DNA of 61,433 nucleotides, the filler included. It is 10 parts of 10 records of this genome, joined end to end, with 100 filler letters (N's around TTAATTAATTAA, not from the genome) between each part and the next. Parts side by side here need not be neighbours in the genome. Positions count along the whole stretch, not along the records: positions 55,585 to 61,433 come from SRR31147125_492426; 9 more parts are not named here. The stretch is one strand, 5' to 3'. The notes beneath the pieces were generated by a model that did not search any database, was not told the DNA's origin, and worked only from the letters and a program-made list of their open reading frames with translations. This document shows, one piece after another, positions 57,735 through 61,433 of the stretch (its first letter is position 1; each line of letters begins with the position of its first letter). Made by a program: the position numbers and the translations under genes.

Positions 57735-59831
57735 TTAGGCTGTGTGTCTGCCGGGAATCTGCTCGTAGATGGTCGGGACGTCTCTGGGTGCCGAGAGACG
57801 GGTTATGTGCTCCAGGAAGTCGCCCATCAAGGACGTGTGAATGAGCCATGCAAAGCCGTTTCCCAGGTCCGAGAATCCGGCCTTTTTGCCCAGCTCGAAC
57901 TGGTTGGGGTGCATGTAGTAGATGAACGCTTCCCGATCCTGCTGGGCGTACCAGTTTCTCGCGTGATCGATGAGCGCCATCATAGCGTCCTCCGCCTCCT
58001 CCATCAGCGGGACGATTCGGACTCCCTCCATGAGCCGGAAAAGGTGCATCCCCTTGGTGCCCGTCTCGCAAAGGGCTGCAGCTACTGGAAGGTTGCCCCG
58101 TCGGGCGATGAAGAGCCTGCGATCTCTTTTCAGGTTCGCTCGGGCCAGGGTCTTGTTCACCTCTTCCAGGTAGAAGCGCGAGGGGACCAGGTCGATGGCG
58201 TCGGCAAAGCCTTGGGGATAGACCTCTCGGATCTTCATCACGAAGATCTCGAGCTCTTCGGTGGTGGCGTCACCTATCTCGTAGGGGCTGTCCGGGTTCG
58301 GCTCTATCCTTCTCGCCTTGTCCTCCATCAGCCTGAACGGGATGTTCATGACCTTGCCCGTGTGGGCATACTTTTCTGCGAAGACCTGGTGGGTAGCCTT
58401 GTGCCATCCCACGTTGGCCTCCGTATAGGACAGTACCCACTCCAAGGTGGGATACCAGGCAGCATGTTCAAAGGTATGCACGTACACGTCACGGACGATT
58501 TGGCGACCGCGGACACCGACGGGTTCACGCCCCCTGCGTCTGGCCAGTTGATAGAACAGCCAGGTTCCCGAGTACATGAGAGAGATGGATGCGGTGGCGT
58601 CGGTGCCCCATTCGGAGCGCCACAGAACCTGGCAGCCCAGGGCGGGGTACCTGGCGTAACGCTCCGAGACGTCGGTGAAGTCCTCCAGCATGGGCATGAA
58701 GTCCTCCATGGATTTGCCCGAGAGGCCGAAGTAGCCGGAGGTCTGTAAAAGCTCCCACAGGGCCGGGACATCTCCCACGGCGCTCTTGCTGGATGTGGGG
58801 TGGAGGTGGGGCTCCAGGATATGGGCCCAGCCGATGCGCGGGTGAAAAGGACTCTTGGGGAAGACTTCCACTCCACAGATGAGGGAGTGGCTCTTGCCCT
58901 CCAGGGAGACGTGCCTGACCTTCCCCTGGAGCAGGGTGCAGTTGTCCCCTGCGGAGACCACCAGGGCTGGGATTTCCAGGCCGGGGTACACCATGTCTTC
59001 CGCCAGGTCCGTGTGGAACGCCAGCCCATAGTGGGAGACGTTGGCCACTTTGCGCGTGATCTTGAGATCCGAGCTGTTGGGATGGCGGAAGGTCACGCTC
59101 ATCTCGTTGATGTTGATTCGGCGGTTGGCCCTCACCCGATAGCGCATCAACCGTCTGGGCAGTTTGAAGGCGAGAAGCCCGTCCACAACCAAGTACTCAT
59201 CCACGTTGAAGCTGTACAAGGAGTTGTAGGACTGGACCTTTACCTGGAAGGGCACCTGGGGCCAGGGACGCTCCATCCACCAGTGGATGGGGTAGTCGCT
59301 GTTCTTGTCGAGGCGGCCTGCGTTGACCAGGTGGGGCGGGCCTGGCAGACCGATGGATGAGGCGTATCCCTCAGCGTGGCTGGCGATGAGGGTTCTGAAG
59401 ATCTCCATGATCTCGTCGGCGTCGATGATGGCCTCGGCGTCCACGTCCATGGTCTGAGCGCTCCCCAGCTCCCCGTTCCAGATGAGTTCTTTAAGAAGAT
59501 CGCAGATGCTGCGCTTGGTGTTGATGTCCGCTTCGTCGAAACCCACCTCAACGATGGAGTGGGTCGCCCGGTGGATTGTGCTCACCACTGTAGTTTCGAT
59601 CCCCGTGATTCGGGGAGTTGTTCTGGGGGCGTGAAGGTCGATTCGCACCGAGGCGCCAACCTTGAAATCGCCGCCGTCTCCCACCTCGAAGATGAGGTGC
59701 TCCGGGCTGATTACTGACAGCTTGTGTAGGGTGTTGGAAGACTCCACCGAGACCCATAGAGGGCTTTTGTCGGTGGGTAAAGCGAATCCTTCATCGGGCT
59801 TGGACCTAGAGTTTTGTGTCACAGAAATCAC
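57735..59831 (-). CDS. PilZ-domain protein with a large C-terminal, probably GNAT-like, region
   Basis: GTG start with GGAGG RBS. RANRR (RxxxR) and NVSHYG (D/NxSxxG) in the central PilZ domain. Degenerate N-terminal PilZ-like barrel. The GNAT call is inference. Confidence 0.75.
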   Translation of the reverse strand: MISVTQNSRSKPDEGFALPTDKSPLWVSVESSNTLHKLSVISPEHLIFEVGDGGDFKVGASVRIDLHAPRTTPRITGIETTVVSTIHRATHSIVEVGFDEADINTKRSICDLLKELIWNGELGSAQTMDVDAEAIIDADEIMEIFRTLIASHAEGYASSIGLPGPPHLVNAGRLDKNSDYPIHWWMERPWPQVPFQVKVQSYNSLYSFNVDEYLVVDGLLAFKLPRRLMRYRVRANRRININEMSVTFRHPNSSDLKITRKVANVSHYGLAFHTDLAEDMVYPGLEIPALVVSAGDNCTLLQGKVRHVSLEGKSHSLICGVEVFPKSPFHPRIGWAHILEPHLHPTSSKSAVGDVPALWELLQTSGYFGLSGKSMEDFMPMLEDFTDVSERYARYPALGCQVLWRSEWGTDATASISLMYSGTWLFYQLARRRGREPVGVRGRQIVRDVYVHTFEHAAWYPTLEWVLSYTEANVGWHKATHQVFAEKYAHTGKVMNIPFRLMEDKARRIEPNPDSPYEIGDATTEELEIFVMKIREVYPQGFADAIDLVPSRFYLEEVNKTLARANLKRDRRLFIARRGNLPVAAALCETGTKGMHLFRLMEGVRIVPLMEEAEDAMMALIDHARNWYAQQDREAFIYYMHPNQFELGKKAGFSDLGNGFAWLIHTSLMGDFLEHITRLSAPRDVPTIYEQIPGRHTA

Positions 59832-59874
59832 GTGCCCTCCGTTTCAACCGCTGCTGGTGATGTGGACCCGATCT

Positions 59875-60357
59875 TTATGACACGACGCGCTTGGCTCTGA
59901 TGGTAAGCACTCCTTCCTCGTATTCGTGCCGCAGATCAAATTGTCCCTCGTATACGATCCTCAAGAAGCCGAGCCGGCTCACCCCTGGGCGCGGGTCCTC
60001 TATCAGCTGCCTGAGCCGCTCGACGTACAAGGCCTGCGGGTCGTCGGAGCGCTCGATGCTGTCCAGGATGCTGCGCACGCTGTCGAGGTCGTGCTCGTCT
60101 TTGATTCCGTTTGAAACTTCTATGGAGATTTCACCCTCATCCAGGAACATCTCAAAGGAGATGGGCTTGCCCGTAGGGGTTTCCACCCCGTACTTGACGG
60201 CGTTTTCGATGAGCTCAGTAGCGCACATTGCGGTGGCGCTGATGAAGTCTTCGCTCTTGCCCTTGTCCTGGAGGAAGTTCGTGGCCTTCTCCAGGACGTC
60301 TTTGACCGTCGACCAGGTAGGGGCGATGGCGATTTTGATTTTCATTTCCTTGTCCAT
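59875..60357 (-). CDS. HATPase_c anti-sigma-type Ser/Thr kinase (slr1658/SiaB-like)
   Basis: TELIENAVKYG N-box, IEVSN, LYVERL and SRLGFLRI G2-like box. Confidence 0.8.
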   Translation of the reverse strand: MDKEMKIKIAIAPTWSTVKDVLEKATNFLQDKGKSEDFISATAMCATELIENAVKYGVETPTGKPISFEMFLDEGEISIEVSNGIKDEHDLDSVRSILDSIERSDDPQALYVERLRQLIEDPRPGVSRLGFLRIVYEGQFDLRHEYEEGVLTIRAKRVVS

Positions 60358-60394
60358 TTGTTCTCCCCCGAGCGAACGGCGGCGCCATGGAGCG

Positions 60395-60730
60395 CTAGAT
60401 GCGTTCGATGCGAAGATCCTTCCAAAGGTTCTGGAGCGCTACTACCGTCTTGCGCTGCCAAAGCACCGATTCGTCCACCTTCAAGGTGAGTTGCTTTTTG
60501 TGGTTCTGGGCGTGGAGCACAACTCTGGCCAACGAGGTTATCCCGGAGCTGCTCATGAAAACGGCCTTCACCAGATCAATCTCGTAGCTTTCCTCAGCGG
60601 CTTCGATTCCTGAGCGGATTCCGGCGAAGAGCTCATCGAACTCAACCGGATTGGAGAGGCTGAGCTGACCTGAGAGTATTGCCTTGCCGGGTTCCAGCTC
60701 GAGTTTGTGATCTTTGTTGTTGCCTTCCAT
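60395..60730 (-). CDS. STAS-domain anti-anti-sigma-type protein (slr1659-like)
   Basis: LSGQLSL...IDLVKAVFMSSSGITSL...WQRKTVVALQNL. GGAGGG RBS 6 nt before ATG 60730. Confidence 0.8.
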   Translation of the reverse strand: MEGNNKDHKLELEPGKAILSGQLSLSNPVEFDELFAGIRSGIEAAEESYEIDLVKAVFMSSSGITSLARVVLHAQNHKKQLTLKVDESVLWQRKTVVALQNLWKDLRIERI

Positions 60731-61251
60731 ATTCATCCCTCCCGGGCCGTGGCCCAAAGATTCTTGGTAGGGTGGATTTTCCGTTGGTGGTTACCGCACC
60801 CTTGATGTTCAGGATAAAACGAATTCGTGTGTTTGCAATTAATAGGGCAAAAGACTCTTTCGACAGATTTCGAGATTTTAGGCGGAGGGACACTCAGGCT
60901 GTACATCTGCTGGCTACGATGTGTTGTAGCGAGGTTGAAATGAAACGGGCCCGAGGCAATTTGACCAAATCGGTGTTTCTCAAGGATTACGGTGTTTAAG
61001 GAGATGGTCATGATGTTGATCAGGATAACCTCATTCAGTCGTTTTCCGCCAGTTTTTTTTGCTAAGAGTGAACTGGAAGAAAGGGTGCGATCATGAGAAA
61101 CCTTGCAAGTAAAGGGGTGATCTTTCATTCGTGAAAAAAGCTCTTTTTTCAAAGATGAAATCCACTTTTCCCTTTCTACGTGGTCTGCTTGCAAATTTCT
61201 TACAGATGTTGAAAGTTTTATGGTGATTGTTTCAATACAAAGGAGAGGAAG

Positions 61252-61433
61252 ATGAGCTGGAAGGTTTCGACATTTTTGTTCCTTGCGTTGTTCGCATTCG
61301 CAGGGGGTTGCGGCGACGACGACTCGGCGGATCCGGATTCAGGTGGTGACACTGACACAGATACCGACACAGATACCGATGGAGATACCGATTCAGACAC
61401 GGACACCGACTCGGACACGGACACCGACACGGA
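61252..61433 (+). CDS. Lipoprotein with Asp-Thr/Asp-Ser repeats, 3' truncated
   Basis: AGGAGAGG RBS; MSWKVSTFLFLALFAFAGG-C lipobox followed by GDDDSADPDSGG(DT)n. Confidence 0.85.
   Translation, partial: MSWKVSTFLFLALFAFAGGCGDDDSADPDSGGDTDTDTDTDTDGDTDSDTDTDSDTDTDT

Noticed and set aside
61327-61433. GACACN repeats as a DNA-level repeat element
   Set aside because: They encode a low-complexity Asp-Thr/Ser linker after a lipobox, with synonymous variation.

Overview
This window is not one locus. It is ten unrelated contigs joined by 100-nt spacers (N-run + TTAATTAATTAA + N-run), so nothing should be read as linked across a spacer. (1) 1-5990: neck/tail module of a Mu-like siphovirus prophage, probably from an alphaproteobacterium. 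(2) 6091-12747, (5) 24654-31416, (7) 36709-42654, (8) 42755-49074 and (9) 49175-55484: a gene-dense flagellated protist with short introns. Its genes include PLAC8, an inositol 5-phosphatase, CASC1/DNAI7, a LamG-FN3-EGF receptor, an sPLA2-like protein, DNA ligase IV, gamma-SNAP, a CRT-like transporter, DPH6, cathepsin B and a giant filamin-repeat protein. (3) 12848-18582: topB-rsfS-thrC-PNP-mtaD, Desulfobacterota-like. (4) 18683-24553 and (6) 31517-36608: spirochaete-like contigs with argA, a lipase, Gld-like ABC genes and hcp/hcpR with its operator. (10) 55585-61433: Myxococcota/deltaproteobacterial contig. Top leads: (a) a four-gene operon encoding a STAS protein, a SiaB/slr1658-type kinase, a PilZ-GNAT-like fusion and an Rv1355c-family ThiF-nitroreductase, which may be a c-di-GMP-gated small-molecule or signal synthesis system; (b) two domains resembling the N-terminal growth-factor-like domain of amyloid precursor protein in a protist surface receptor; (c) a plant-type sPLA2 with His-Arg in place of the catalytic His-Asp; (d) a probably extracellular filamin-repeat protein ending in a triplicated unassigned domain. 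Many genes have single-base deletions in homopolymers that look like sequencing error. All homology calls come from motif recognition by eye; no searches were run.
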